The notes under the pieces are model-generated. The model worked only from the letters and a program-made list of their open reading frames with translations, was not told where the DNA came from and searched no databases. Source: Candidatus Thorarchaeota archaeon (GTDB lineage: Archaea > Asgardarchaeota > Thorarchaeia > Thorarchaeales > Thorarchaeaceae). From it: 56,702 nucleotides of DNA. The DNA lies in contig JBHLRP010000020.1 in assembly GCA_048882485.1 (NCBI GenBank), positions 1 through 56,702 on the forward strand, written 5' to 3'. The position numbers and the translations under genes are program-made. Below are positions 9,907-19,470 of this stretch, piece after piece; the first letter of the stretch is position 1; each line of letters opens with the position of its first letter.

Positions 9907-10212
9907 ATGGAGTACGTATATACAGCACTTCTGCTCCACAAAGCAGGCCAGAAGGTCAACGCCAAGAACATGGAGGCTGTACTCACCGCTGCAGGTGTTA
10001 CGGCTGACAAGGGCAGAGTCAAGGCACTTCTTGCAGCCCTGAAGGATGTTGACATTGATGAGGCTGTGAAGGGTGCAGCTATGCCAATGGCTGTCGCTGC
10101 AGCTCCCACAGCTGGTGGCGCCGCTGAGGCAACCCCTGCTAAAGAGGAGAAGAAGGAAGAAGCGGAAGAGGAAGAAGAGGTCACTGCTGGTCTCGGTAGC
10201 CTCTTTGGGTAG
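9907..10212 (+). CDS. rpl12: Ribosomal stalk protein P1/aL12
   Basis: [11 protein letters not shown] start, GLGSLFG end. Confidence 0.96.
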   Translation: MEYVYTALLLHKAGQKVNAKNMEAVLTAAGVTADKGRVKALLAALKDVDIDEAVKGAAMPMAVAAAPTAGGAAEATPAKEEKKEEAEEEEEVTAGLGSLFG

Positions 10213-10250
10213 AGTGGAACCCGATCTTCGGATTATTCCCTCTAGTGAGA

Positions 10251-10292
10251 GAGCGGACAGGTCGCGAGCCTATCCGCTCACCAGCGTTTTTT
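10251..10292 (+). terminator. Hairpin plus T-tract after the ribosomal operon
   Basis: GAGCGGA/TCCGCTC stem with cGCGAg loop, then TTTTTT. Confidence 0.55.
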
Positions 10293-10342
10293 GTCTGATT
10301 TGACCCACAGAAACATATGCCGCCGAATTAAGACTCTGGGAC

Positions 10343-11131
10343 GTGAAGATTGTATATCATCCCCTGATGCGCAATTCGTATGATGGGACTCCTGCAGGTG
10401 CATCGGGTAGACTTGACACTGCTATTGAGATTCTAAGTAAGCATCCAGAATACGAGTTCGTTGAGCCAAGTCCTGCTACAGATGAGCAAATTCTACGAGC
10501 TCATGGTCCGGGACATCTGGATGAGGTAAGGCGAGATAATGACTACACACGCCAGGGGCTCCTTTACGAGATAGCGGCGCTCGCAGCTGGTGGAGCTATT
10601 ATGACTGCAGAGATAGCAGTGGAAGGAGAGCCTGCCTTCGGACTGATCCGTCCTCCAGGTCACCATGCATCGTGGGACAGCTATTGGGGATACTGCTATC
10701 ACAACAATATTGCAGTGTCACTCCTCCATCTTAAGGCTCTGAGGAAGATCGAAACTGCATTCATACTGGACTTTGACCTTCACACTGGAGATGGCAATAT
10801 CAATATCTTGGGAGATGACAGGGATTTTGTCATCTATAATCCTCGGGGGCATGGAGATGATGCGTATCTGGCAGACACGAAGAGAGCTTTAGACTCCGTT
10901 CAAGATGTGGACATTATTGTTGCTTCTGCTGGATTTGATCAATATATTGACGACTGGGGAAGCAACCTCTCAACATGTGCCTTTAGGAAGATTGGTAAGA
11001 TGATGCATGATTTTGCTATGGAGAGATGTGAGGGCAGGAGATATGGTCTCCTAGAGGGAGGTTATAATTTTGAGGACCTCGGAAAGAACATTCTTGCCTT
11101 TTGCGAGGGTATAAGATTAGGGATAGACTAG
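10343..11131 (+). CDS. Zn-dependent histone deacetylase-family (AcuC/HDAC-like) protein
   Basis: RPPGHHA, DFDLHTGDG, SAGFD, LEGGY motifs. Confidence 0.93.
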   Translation: MKIVYHPLMRNSYDGTPAGASGRLDTAIEILSKHPEYEFVEPSPATDEQILRAHGPGHLDEVRRDNDYTRQGLLYEIAALAAGGAIMTAEIAVEGEPAFGLIRPPGHHASWDSYWGYCYHNNIAVSLLHLKALRKIETAFILDFDLHTGDGNINILGDDRDFVIYNPRGHGDDAYLADTKRALDSVQDVDIIVASAGFDQYIDDWGSNLSTCAFRKIGKMMHDFAMERCEGRRYGLLEGGYNFEDLGKNILAFCEGIRLGID

Positions 11132-11187
11132 ATTGTGCCCCTGATATTCATGGTGACCTTAAATTACAAAGCCATGACTCACTGCTG

Positions 11188-11445
11188 GTGAGAGGCTTGC
11201 GGCTATTCAATCTCCTTAGTCCACTATCAGACTTTGTAAGCATGGTAGCAATATACTTAGCTGAGATATGGGACTTTCTGATCTTCCTTGGGAGGGTTTC
11301 AGGAGTAATTGTCATCCTTGTTGGGGCGATTCTCTGGTTTACTGAAGTCAATCCCGGTCGGGGAAAGGGATTGGTCGCCAGTGGGATACTCCTGTCAATT
11401 GTGGTGCAATACTTCGTGATGTATCCACCATCATTCGTACTCTGA
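11188..11445 (+). CDS. Small two-TM membrane protein, TrbC/VirB2 pilin-like topology (start uncertain: 11188 GTG or 11242 ATG)
   Basis: Two hydrophobic helices separated by EVNPGRGK. Confidence 0.6.
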   Translation: MRGLRLFNLLSPLSDFVSMVAIYLAEIWDFLIFLGRVSGVIVILVGAILWFTEVNPGRGKGLVASGILLSIVVQYFVMYPPSFVL

Positions 11446-11594
11446 CCTCATAACAAACATCCCCGGTTTCACACACACCCGCTAGGCTCGGGGGCGATCT
11501 GCTCTCGAGCCACCTTTTATGAGGCCCACATGTTGTTCTTGCTGGATTTTCCATTTCCAACAAATTTATTAATTATAGTTAAATTTGGAAAATT

Positions 11595-12407
11595 ATGTCT
11601 TCAAAAATAAATCCAATCTACCTACAGATTGCCAATGTGGTGGCGGTCGTAGGGAGCACAGTGTTCAATGCCTTGGTGAACATTCTACCTCTCAACGGGA
11701 TAACCACTGGTCAGGTTTCAAATGCGTATCCTAACCTCTTCACGCCAGCAAACTACGTGTTCTCAATTTGGGGTGTCATCTACACATTACTATTCGTATT
11801 CATGTTCTATCAGATTAGAACGAGTCAACGCGACTCACAATACCTTCAGGACATTGGATTCCTATACCTACTTAGTGCCGTGATAAACATCGCTTGGCTC
11901 ACGGTATTCCATTATTCATATCCAGCCCCCAATGATCTAATCATTCTCACAACAGTTCCCATTTTTGGGCTGTTTCTGACCCTTCTCTACATCTACCTGC
12001 GATTAGGTGTCGGTGTGAAAGAAGCACCAAGGGGAGTGAAACTTGCAGTTCATTTGCCCCTGAGCGTCTATCTCGGTTGGCTATCAGTCGCAACAATTGC
12101 AAATACAGCCTCTGTCCTCAATCATCTAGGGAGGAGTCCAGAGATACCTATCCCGATTCAGGAAACTTGGACTGCGCTAGTGATAGTGGTTGCGTTCCTC
12201 ATCACGGTTCTGATGTTGATTAGAAGAAGAGACTTTGCTTTCGGTTTCGTGGTCATCTGGGCCACAATAGGGATTGCAGCAAAACAAGCCGCTTCTCCTC
12301 TGATCTACTTCACTGCGTTGGGAGTTGCAGTCGCCATTCTTATACTCATTCTTCTACTTCCATTGTTGAAGAAAGAGGGTTTCTCAAAGTACTACATGAT
12401 GGGCTGA
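11595..12407 (+). CDS. TspO/MBR-related multi-pass membrane protein
   Basis: LFTPANYVFSIWGVIY and SVYLGWLSVATIAN motifs. Confidence 0.8.
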   Translation: MSSKINPIYLQIANVVAVVGSTVFNALVNILPLNGITTGQVSNAYPNLFTPANYVFSIWGVIYTLLFVFMFYQIRTSQRDSQYLQDIGFLYLLSAVINIAWLTVFHYSYPAPNDLIILTTVPIFGLFLTLLYIYLRLGVGVKEAPRGVKLAVHLPLSVYLGWLSVATIANTASVLNHLGRSPEIPIPIQETWTALVIVVAFLITVLMLIRRRDFAFGFVVIWATIGIAAKQAASPLIYFTALGVAVAILILILLLPLLKKEGFSKYYMMG

Positions 12408-12455
12408 GAGGGCGCGCGTTGGGCAAGTCTTTGCTCAGCGCACCTCTTTTACTTT
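12407..12455 (+). terminator. Long hairpin plus T-tract
   Basis: TGGGCAA/TTGCTCA, GCGC and AGAGG/CCTCT stems followed by TTTT. Confidence 0.55.
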
Positions 12456-12533
12456 CTACAGGAGGTAGAAAGGTACCAGTGAGTATATCACGGACGATGA
12501 CCTAAGACTCCGAAAACAGATGATATCGGTGGG

Positions 12534-12998
12534 ATGAAAATGACTGGAAGACAAATGGATTCAAAAACTCAGGAGAAACTAACGCAACTGTTCGATTCTC
12601 AACTAATAGCTGTATTGGGAACTTCGAGTGATGACGATCCTTACACTTGTCTTGTGGGATTCAAGTTCACATCGGACCTCAAGAATGTCATTTTTGCTAC
12701 CATGAGGAACCGCTTGAAGTATCGCCAAATCAGTTCAAATCCCAGAGTTTCATTAATCATTGATGATCGGAAGAATTCCCCTTCGGATTTCAGTCATGCC
12801 ACATCGGTAACAATAGTAGGCAATGCAATAGACACTGAAGAACCAGAGCGTGAGAGGCTTGCAGACATGTTGGTTGAGAAACACCCGTTCCTGACGGATT
12901 TCGTGAAAGATCCCAGCTGTGCAATCATGAAAGTTATGGTTGAGAAGATGTATATTGTCGGTGATTTTGAGAAAGTGCAGAAAATCAATATGGCATAG
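12534..12998 (+). CDS. Pyridoxamine 5'-phosphate oxidase-family (split-barrel flavin-binding) protein
   Basis: AVLGT...PY, KYRQISSNPRVSL. Confidence 0.85.
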   Translation: MKMTGRQMDSKTQEKLTQLFDSQLIAVLGTSSDDDPYTCLVGFKFTSDLKNVIFATMRNRLKYRQISSNPRVSLIIDDRKNSPSDFSHATSVTIVGNAIDTEEPERERLADMLVEKHPFLTDFVKDPSCAIMKVMVEKMYIVGDFEKVQKINMA

Positions 12999-13047
12999 TC
13001 TCGCCCAACCAATTCTCTTTTAAGAATATGAAAATGTGAAACAGTTA

Positions 13048-13156
13048 GGGCCCGTTGCCTAGTCTGGTTTCAGTGAGCTTTTCGCCTCTGAAAGGCACAT
13101 AGGGCGCTAGCCTTCTAAGTTAGAGGTCGACGGTTCAAATCCGTCCGGGCCCGCCA
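13048..13156 (+). tRNA. tRNA-Arg(TCT) with a 31-nt D-loop intron (13068..13098)
   Basis: GGGCCCG/CGGGCCC acceptor, CTAGC-CTTCTAA-GTTAG anticodon arm, TTCAAAT T-loop, CCA; perfect bulge-helix-bulge. Confidence 0.95.
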
Positions 13157-13166
13157 TCTGCTTCTT

Positions 13167-14906
13167 CTAATCAAACTTGAGAGCTCGTGCCAACCATGGC
13201 AAGACCTCGGTTCCTGCTACTGATTCCAAGTGGCAAAGCCCCTCCAAGGATTCTTCAGTTCTTATTCTGGCTGCTCTTTTTGAGCCTATTCCTGGAATAG
13301 CCTTCCACTGCGCTAGGGAAACAGAGTGGACCTTGAGGGGATAAGGAAGGACTGTGACTGATCGAGGTCCATGATCAACAACAAATACGTCGGCATATAC
13401 CCCCGGATTTGGTCCGCTCGGCATGAAGCAGAGCAGTGGATATGTACCAAGAGGCCGCAGAAGGTAGTTGTTGCCTTCCATTTGTTCCATGAAGACTGAC
13501 TGAATAACGGTTCCAGAAGGTGCGACTCTCTTAATCATTTCCACATCGATTTCTTCACGGACCTGCTTCTTGTGTTGAAAGAAATCGTGTTTCTTGACTT
13601 TGCTTTTTCTCGTATCCCCCACTCTCGTGCCAGAAAACCCAATGACCTGGCGAATATTGATTCGACGTACGATGAGATTCTCTTCCACTAGTTTCTGAAG
13701 GAACGCATAGTTGTACTCCAGAGTCTTTTTGCTCTCTCCCGGAAGACCGTATAGGAGATTGATTCCAGGCAGTAGATGTGGAAGACCCCACTCTGGTCTA
13801 TGGCCTCCCACCTCATTTAGCAGTCTTACCGCTTCAATCACTTGGTCCTCGTCAGCCTTCAAATTGTTACGACGAATCACTTCTGGGTCTACTGATTCCA
13901 CCCCAAATGCAGCAACATCCCCAGAAGTATGATGTTTAATGATAGATTTGGCTACCTCTGTGCTCTCATGTGGATGCCGTGCAATGGTGCCAGGATTCAC
14001 GTTGTCGATATGAAGGACATGCAATTCGGGGGCAGCTCTGCGAACCTTAGAGAAGAGCTCCTCGATTACATCAGGATTTGGTTTTGGAAACTCTTCTTCA
14101 CCGATTTCGATGGACCCAAATGTAAACAGGTCTGCCTGATTGCCAATCCTGAACGCTCTTACACCCTGCTCATAGAGAGATTCTATCTCCTTTGCCACAT
14201 CAGACGCAGTCCTTTGCATCGGTTTCCCATAGAGAGGCTCAGTACAGAAGGAGCAACCACCGGAGACATAGCGAGGGCAGCCGCGGTATGTTTCAACCTC
14301 ACAAATTATGTAACCTGCTGAATATCCAGGATGCTGTGGTAGTACGCATGCGCCCCGTTTCGCAAACTCTTCCACTTCATCCAATGCGTTTCTGGTGCTA
14401 GAGAAATCGACTGAAGATAGATCTCCGTGCGCATCCATTATTCTAGCTGATACTATCTCGGGGTCTCCCGTGGCAATGTAGTCGAATGGAGGGCTGAGGA
14501 CATCCGAGCTCAGAGCTAGTCGTCCACCCTCAATTCCACAGCCAAATCGCGCCCATGGACCGACTAATACCTTTGGAATATCTTCTAGCCTAGCATCAGA
14601 AAAGAATCGTTTCGCTTCCTTCACAGAAATTGGCGTACCACCAAGATACTTGCCAGGGACAATCATCCCAGCAATGAGAAGGATAAGATCAGTAGTCGAC
14701 CAAAGGTCTTGTGGGTCAGGATGCCTGCGAACAGTATCAATAGTCTGATAGAGGACCTCGGTTCTCGCTGACCTGCTCCAGATGGCTCCTGCGATATATC
14801 TGGGATAAGGACTAACGTAGGGAGGCACTCCCAGATTCGTGGGTTCATCAACATAGCCATCAACGATGACAATTCTGTCCAGCTCATTCCCACTCCCTGA
14901 AGTTAT
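13167..14906 (-). CDS. Radical SAM protein with C-terminal helix-hairpin-helix (archaeal COG1031-like); start uncertain, possibly CTG 14882
   Basis: DGYVDEP N-terminus, GCPRYVSGGCSFC cluster motif, IPGIGSKRA HhH. Confidence 0.85.
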   Translation of the reverse strand: MTSGSGNELDRIVIVDGYVDEPTNLGVPPYVSPYPRYIAGAIWSRSARTEVLYQTIDTVRRHPDPQDLWSTTDLILLIAGMIVPGKYLGGTPISVKEAKRFFSDARLEDIPKVLVGPWARFGCGIEGGRLALSSDVLSPPFDYIATGDPEIVSARIMDAHGDLSSVDFSSTRNALDEVEEFAKRGACVLPQHPGYSAGYIICEVETYRGCPRYVSGGCSFCTEPLYGKPMQRTASDVAKEIESLYEQGVRAFRIGNQADLFTFGSIEIGEEEFPKPNPDVIEELFSKVRRAAPELHVLHIDNVNPGTIARHPHESTEVAKSIIKHHTSGDVAAFGVESVDPEVIRRNNLKADEDQVIEAVRLLNEVGGHRPEWGLPHLLPGINLLYGLPGESKKTLEYNYAFLQKLVEENLIVRRINIRQVIGFSGTRVGDTRKSKVKKHDFFQHKKQVREEIDVEMIKRVAPSGTVIQSVFMEQMEGNNYLLRPLGTYPLLCFMPSGPNPGVYADVFVVDHGPRSVTVLPYPLKVHSVSLAQWKAIPGIGSKRAARIRTEESLEGLCHLESVAGTEVLPWLARALKFD

Positions 14907-15876
14907 CATATCCCGCTGTAGAGATTTCGAGTGGCCCTTCCGAGGTTTCGTAGTAGACTCCTTTGCCTGCCAACGCATATCCTATCTGTTTCAGTGGAAC
15001 ATGCATTCTGGTGGCAATCGTGTATGCTTCATCCCAATGAGCCTCAGGTATAGCAAGTACTAGTATGAATTCCTCTCCACCCTCCATTACCATTTTCCAT
15101 TCAGGAATGTAAAGGTTTCTTGAGAAATAAGTCACACCTTCTGCTATGGGCAAGTCTTCAATCATAATAGACACACTGCTCTGGGCAGCCATTGTGTTCA
15201 GTGTAATGCCGAGGCCATCACTACTATCCATCGAAGCTGATACAAGACCTCTCTCAGCCAGTGCAGAAACAATTCCAAAATGGATATCTGGCCTATATGC
15301 AGCGCCGATTGCTCGACTCCTAAGGTCATCATCAGCCTGTTTTCCCTTCAAAAGCACTTCAAATGCGACGGATGTAAGGCCAAAATCACCAGTGACGGCA
15401 ATTATATCACCTTCTTTTGCGCCTCCGCGAGGCACAATGCTGTCAGGTGATGCAATTCCTATTGCTACTCCAGTAAGCACCACGTCACTCGAAGATCCGA
15501 CATCTCCTCCAATGAATGGAACACCAGACTTCACACAATATTGAGAGAACCCTCGAATCAGTTCTTTAGCTGCAAGGGCATCAAACTCCTTTGGAACGCA
15601 TAATGAGAGCATCGTTGCAAGAGGCTTGGCACCCTTTGCAACGATATCGCTCAAGGCCATGACAGCTGTCTTTCTACCAGCCTGGGCTTCAGTCATGCCT
15701 GGTAGCCAGTCCGTTTCACGGACAAATGTATCAACGTTGACAACGATACTCTTTCGGTTGGAGATTGGAATGTCAGAAGCGTCTTCATCAAATCCGAGTT
15801 GGGCATCAGCAATTTCGTCAACGAACTCTCTGATTCTCTTGAGAAACTCACGCTCTCCAATCTCTTTGGTGCTCAT
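14884..15876 (-). CDS. thiL: Thiamine-monophosphate kinase
   Basis: IGEREF, SDIVAKGAKP, GGD, DSSDGL, GGEEF. Confidence 0.93.
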   Translation of the reverse strand: MSTKEIGEREFLKRIREFVDEIADAQLGFDEDASDIPISNRKSIVVNVDTFVRETDWLPGMTEAQAGRKTAVMALSDIVAKGAKPLATMLSLCVPKEFDALAAKELIRGFSQYCVKSGVPFIGGDVGSSSDVVLTGVAIGIASPDSIVPRGGAKEGDIIAVTGDFGLTSVAFEVLLKGKQADDDLRSRAIGAAYRPDIHFGIVSALAERGLVSASMDSSDGLGITLNTMAAQSSVSIMIEDLPIAEGVTYFSRNLYIPEWKMVMEGGEEFILVLAIPEAHWDEAYTIATRMHVPLKQIGYALAGKGVYYETSEGPLEISTAGYDNFREWE

Positions 15877-15953
15877 CTGCTAGCCTCCTACCTGAATCCT
15901 TTGTGTTCATGATAAACTTTTATAACAAATGCAATAGGTTGCGCCGCAGACTG

Positions 15954-16030
15954 GCCTCGGTGGCCAAGCGGTTTAAGGCGACTGCTTCGTAAGCAGTAGA
16001 TCGGGGGTTCAAATCCCCCCCGGGGCTCCA
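15954..16030 (+). tRNA. tRNA-Thr(CGT)
   Basis: GCCTCGG/CCGGGGC acceptor, ACTGC-TTCGTAA-GCAGT, TTCAAAT, encoded CCA. Confidence 0.96.
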
Positions 16031-16116
16031 CTTGTTCTTCTCATGATATCATTTGATTTAGGATAGTGGTCATTAGGACCAAAATGATATATCCCTCTCA
16101 CGCAGCAAAGTAATGC

Positions 16117-16392
16117 ATGACGACGAAGAAGTCATTCACTAGTATAGAGGCAAAAGAGGTTGGAGAGAGGCTTGGCATCAAGTGGGATGAATTTGATTTA
16201 GAGCAATTTCGAATGGGAATGGACGTGGAGTTAGAACACGGGAAACGAGACGAAACCACAAATGTGACTAACGACGATGCAATGATGACAGGCAAGATTG
16301 CGTTGGCCCACCTAAAGGAGTTCCCAGACTACTATGATAGGCTGGACAAGCTTGAGGAAGAAGCAAAAGCCTTCTGGAGGGAACGGCAATAG
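16117..16392 (+). CDS. DUF5661-like small protein
   Basis: GMDVELEHG...KIALAHLKEFPDYYDRL motif. Confidence 0.8.
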   Translation: MTTKKSFTSIEAKEVGERLGIKWDEFDLEQFRMGMDVELEHGKRDETTNVTNDDAMMTGKIALAHLKEFPDYYDRLDKLEEEAKAFWRERQ

Positions 16393-16434
16393 AGTCGGAT
16401 TGAAAGTCCTTACTTTTGACCGAAATCATTTATC

Positions 16435-17049
16435 TCAAGCAACTATGCCGCTTTTGACGACAATTCGCAGAGTGTCCTTAATTTTGCCCCAATCAAATGG
16501 CTTCCCTGTGACTAGTGAATAGAGCGACAGGCCGTTTGATGATCCTATCAGTATTCCAGCCAGGCTCTCAGCATCGATGTTTCTTCTGAACTCACCATTC
16601 GCTTGACCCTCTTCAATTATCTCAGCGAGAAAGCGAAGTGTCTTGATGTACTGTTTCTGGAACTTCGACCTCCAAGACTTCTGTCTCGAGGCCTGTATTT
16701 GGAGCTCAAATGTAAGTCGACATTGTTCATCGGATTCATCGAACATAGAGTCTGGTAGGAGAGACAATGTCTTCTCCAACTTGGTCCAAGCTGAGTCTTC
16801 TGGGGAGAACAACGTCTTTACCCCCTCAAGACTAGTATCACTTGCCTTTTCCATTACGGATAGGAAGAGCTGCTCCTTGCTGTCGAAATGTCCGTATATG
16901 GCGCCTTTACTATAGCCGCTTTCCTTGACGATGTCGTCCATCGAGGTCCCATGATATCCCTTTTCTGAGAAAAGGGATTCTGCGGCTCCCAGGATTGTGT
17001 TCAGAATCTGCTGCTTCTTTTCCGCGGTGACTTTGGGCATTTTAACCAA
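16435..17049 (-). CDS. TetR/AcrR-family transcriptional regulator
   Basis: LFSEKGYHGTSMDDIVKESGYSKGAIYGHFDSKEQL HTH. Confidence 0.95.
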   Translation of the reverse strand: MVKMPKVTAEKKQQILNTILGAAESLFSEKGYHGTSMDDIVKESGYSKGAIYGHFDSKEQLFLSVMEKASDTSLEGVKTLFSPEDSAWTKLEKTLSLLPDSMFDESDEQCRLTFELQIQASRQKSWRSKFQKQYIKTLRFLAEIIEEGQANGEFRRNIDAESLAGILIGSSNGLSLYSLVTGKPFDWGKIKDTLRIVVKSGIVA

Positions 17050-17069
17050 TCATCTCATTCAATTCTAAT

Positions 17070-17194
17070 GAAACCGACTGGTTAGTTTCCAATAAATGTA
17101 TCGATTGGTGACTTAGAACTTGCGTCAGGAGAAAGATTTATATTAAAACCGACCGGTTAGTTTTAATAGTAATAGAAACCGACCAGTCGGTTTC
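17070..17194. promoter_or_regulatory. Three 20-bp palindromic operators (17070..17089, 17145..17164, 17175..17194), likely TetR sites
   Basis: GAAACCGACTGGTTAGTTTC, AAAACCGACCGGTTAGTTTT and GAAACCGACCAGTCGGTTTC between divergent tetR and MFS; TTTATA at ~17137 abuts site 2. Confidence 0.85.
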
Positions 17195-17219
17195 TTCCAA
17201 GACGGCAGAGGTAAGACAG

Positions 17220-18578
17220 TTGAAAGCTGAAATAAAAGAGAAGCAACAGCAGCTCACGAGGGAAGCAGTCACCGAGGATATTGAATCAACAGTTCTTGTA
17301 ACTGATGATGTGTCAATGGACTCGCAAATTGACACTGAGAAGGAACACCAACTGAAGGATTTCATGAAGATACTAGGAGGGCAAGGATTCTCATTAGTTG
17401 GTAGTGCATTAGTTCAATTCTCACTTGTCTGGTGGCTGACCATAACAACAGGAAGCGCAATAGTTCTGGCGATTGCCACAATCATGGCTTTACTGCCTCA
17501 GATATTGATTAGTCCGTTCGCGGGAGTCCTAGTTGACAGGTGGGATCGTCGCAAGGTCATGATCACTTCAGATGGCATAGCAGCTTTGATGATTGTGATA
17601 CTAGCATTTCTGTTTGCTCAAGGGTCTGCTAATGTTTTCCATGTATATGGCATAATGGCGATACGTTCAGCAGTTGGAGTGTTTCAATGGCCGGCATTGC
17701 AGGCGTCAGTTTCACTCATGGTACCCGACGAGCACCTATCTAGAATCAATGGACTGTATCAGTCCCTGTCCGGACTGGCTCAGATAGCAGCTCCTCCTCT
17801 GGGAGCGATGCTCTTACTGATCATGCCAATCCAGACGATATTGTTGATTGATATTGGCACTGCAGCTCTGGCAATCTTTCCATTGATGTTCATTAGGATT
17901 CCACAGCCTGACAGAGAACCATCAACACAGGAAAGCTCTTCCATTCTGACGGATATGAGGCGAGGCGTGAGATTCCTTACACGATGGAGAGGTGGTCAAT
18001 TCACGCTCGTTGCAATGATGATTACGAACCTGATTCTTATTCCTTCGATGTCATTAGTACCCATCTTAGCATTGGTTCACTTCAATGGCGGCGCATTTGA
18101 GCTAGCATGGCTTCAATCAGCCGCGGGTGTGGGAATGTTGGTAGGTGGAATAGCATTGAGCGTTTGGGGCGGATTCAAGCGTAGAATGGATACAGTGGTG
18201 GTAGCAGTGGTAGCAATGGGCATAGCCATACTCACGGTCGGATTAACTCCGAGCGGATTATTCTTTCTGGCTGTTGCGGGACTGTTTATAACGGGAGTTA
18301 TGGTTCCAATGGCTTCTGGGTCCATAATGGCTATTCTACAGGCTATTGTTCCTAAGGAGATCCAGGGCCGCGTCTTCTCAGTTGTCATCAGCCTCTCACC
18401 ATTGATGGCGCCTATAGGTCTAGCAATAGCAGGCCCCATCGCTGAGACGTTTGGAACGTCCCTCTGGTATCTAATCAGTGGTGTTGTGATTATGCTAATA
18501 GGCCTTGTAGGTCGTCTTGACACCACAATCATGGAGATGGAAGAAGCTGAAAACTTGTCCATATCCTCTCCATTATGA
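17220..18578 (+). CDS. MFS efflux transporter (MefA/DHA3-like)
   Basis: GVLVDRWDRRKVM motif A, about 12 TMs, VPKEIQGRVF. Confidence 0.92.
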   Translation: MKAEIKEKQQQLTREAVTEDIESTVLVTDDVSMDSQIDTEKEHQLKDFMKILGGQGFSLVGSALVQFSLVWWLTITTGSAIVLAIATIMALLPQILISPFAGVLVDRWDRRKVMITSDGIAALMIVILAFLFAQGSANVFHVYGIMAIRSAVGVFQWPALQASVSLMVPDEHLSRINGLYQSLSGLAQIAAPPLGAMLLLIMPIQTILLIDIGTAALAIFPLMFIRIPQPDREPSTQESSSILTDMRRGVRFLTRWRGGQFTLVAMMITNLILIPSMSLVPILALVHFNGGAFELAWLQSAAGVGMLVGGIALSVWGGFKRRMDTVVVAVVAMGIAILTVGLTPSGLFFLAVAGLFITGVMVPMASGSIMAILQAIVPKEIQGRVFSVVISLSPLMAPIGLAIAGPIAETFGTSLWYLISGVVIMLIGLVGRLDTTIMEMEEAENLSISSPL

Positions 18579-18601
18579 ATATCAAATGCGTCAGGCAGAA
18601 C

Positions 18602-18646
18602 CCGGGGAGTGGCAGGCCAAACAACACTCCCCTGGTCCCCCTTTTC
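18602..18646 (+). terminator. Hairpin plus T-tract after MFS gene
   Basis: GGGGAGTG/CACTCCCC stem followed by CTTTT. Confidence 0.5.
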
Positions 18647-18753
18647 TAGCGTTATTCAGTGACCCATGATGATTTGCATGATTCGTGAAGAGCATCCATT
18701 GAGTCGGCGTTTACCTTAAGGATTATAGTGTACGAGCTGATTATCTGTAGCAT

Positions 18754-19098
18754 GTGAACGACATGACCAAAGCTTCCTATCCAGATATCATCAAGAAGCT
18801 CCCGAAAGTAAAACACTCAATGGATGGCGTCGAGGGCTGGCTCGCTCAGGGGAAGGATTTTCAGATAGCATTCTTTGAGATTCAACCCACAGCAAAGGTG
18901 CCACCACACAGCCACGGAGCTCAGTTCGGAGTCGTAATGGAGGGCGAAATTACCTTAACAGTAGGCGATAACACTCAAGTCTATGGCAAGGGTGACACCT
19001 ATATTATTCCTGCAGGCGTTATTCACCATGCAGAGTGTAAGTCTGTTGTCCTTGTAATGGACTATTTTGATGATGCAGACAGATATGAGACCGAATAG
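18754..19098 (+). CDS. Cupin-domain protein
   Basis: PPHSH...QFG, IPAGVIH cupin motifs. Confidence 0.88.
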   Translation: MNDMTKASYPDIIKKLPKVKHSMDGVEGWLAQGKDFQIAFFEIQPTAKVPPHSHGAQFGVVMEGEITLTVGDNTQVYGKGDTYIIPAGVIHHAECKSVVLVMDYFDDADRYETE

Positions 19099-19102
19099 AT
19101 TC

Positions 19103-19357
19103 CTATTCACTCCAAGCCTCATTCGAGAACTCGATTGCATGTAGCACCTTCTGACTGAACTCGTTTGTATCGCATTCAAAAGTGTACATCACAAATCCAT
19201 CATAAGCAAAGAAGTGCATTCTTCGCACATGATAGATGATCTTCGGCTGTGCAACTTGCACCAGCTCGAGGAACTCATCACGTCTAAACTTTACACGGTA
19301 GGAACTTGTATGTTGAGCGGCTGCCGCAGCGGCGGCTGCTCCACCTGCAAATGCCAT
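19103..19357 (-). CDS. Small hypothetical protein with N-terminal poly-Ala
   Basis: 84-aa ORF MAFAGGAAAAAAAAQ; SD-like AGGTG upstream. Confidence 0.65.
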   Translation of the reverse strand: MAFAGGAAAAAAAAQHTSSYRVKFRRDEFLELVQVAQPKIIYHVRRMHFFAYDGFVMYTFECDTNEFSQKVLHAIEFSNEAWSE

Positions 19358-19470
19358 CTTATTGCACCTAATGGTATTCTGAGTTTCTTGATATCTAAAC
19401 TTGGCTTTTGAAGCAGCTTATTGCCGTGAATTACACAGTGCTTATCTGATGGGGACTGTACTGTCGAGGT

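Noticed and set aside
10213-10292. Hairpins as a possible SECIS element
   Set aside because: No AUGA/GA core, and no in-frame TGA selenoprotein candidate was seen nearby.
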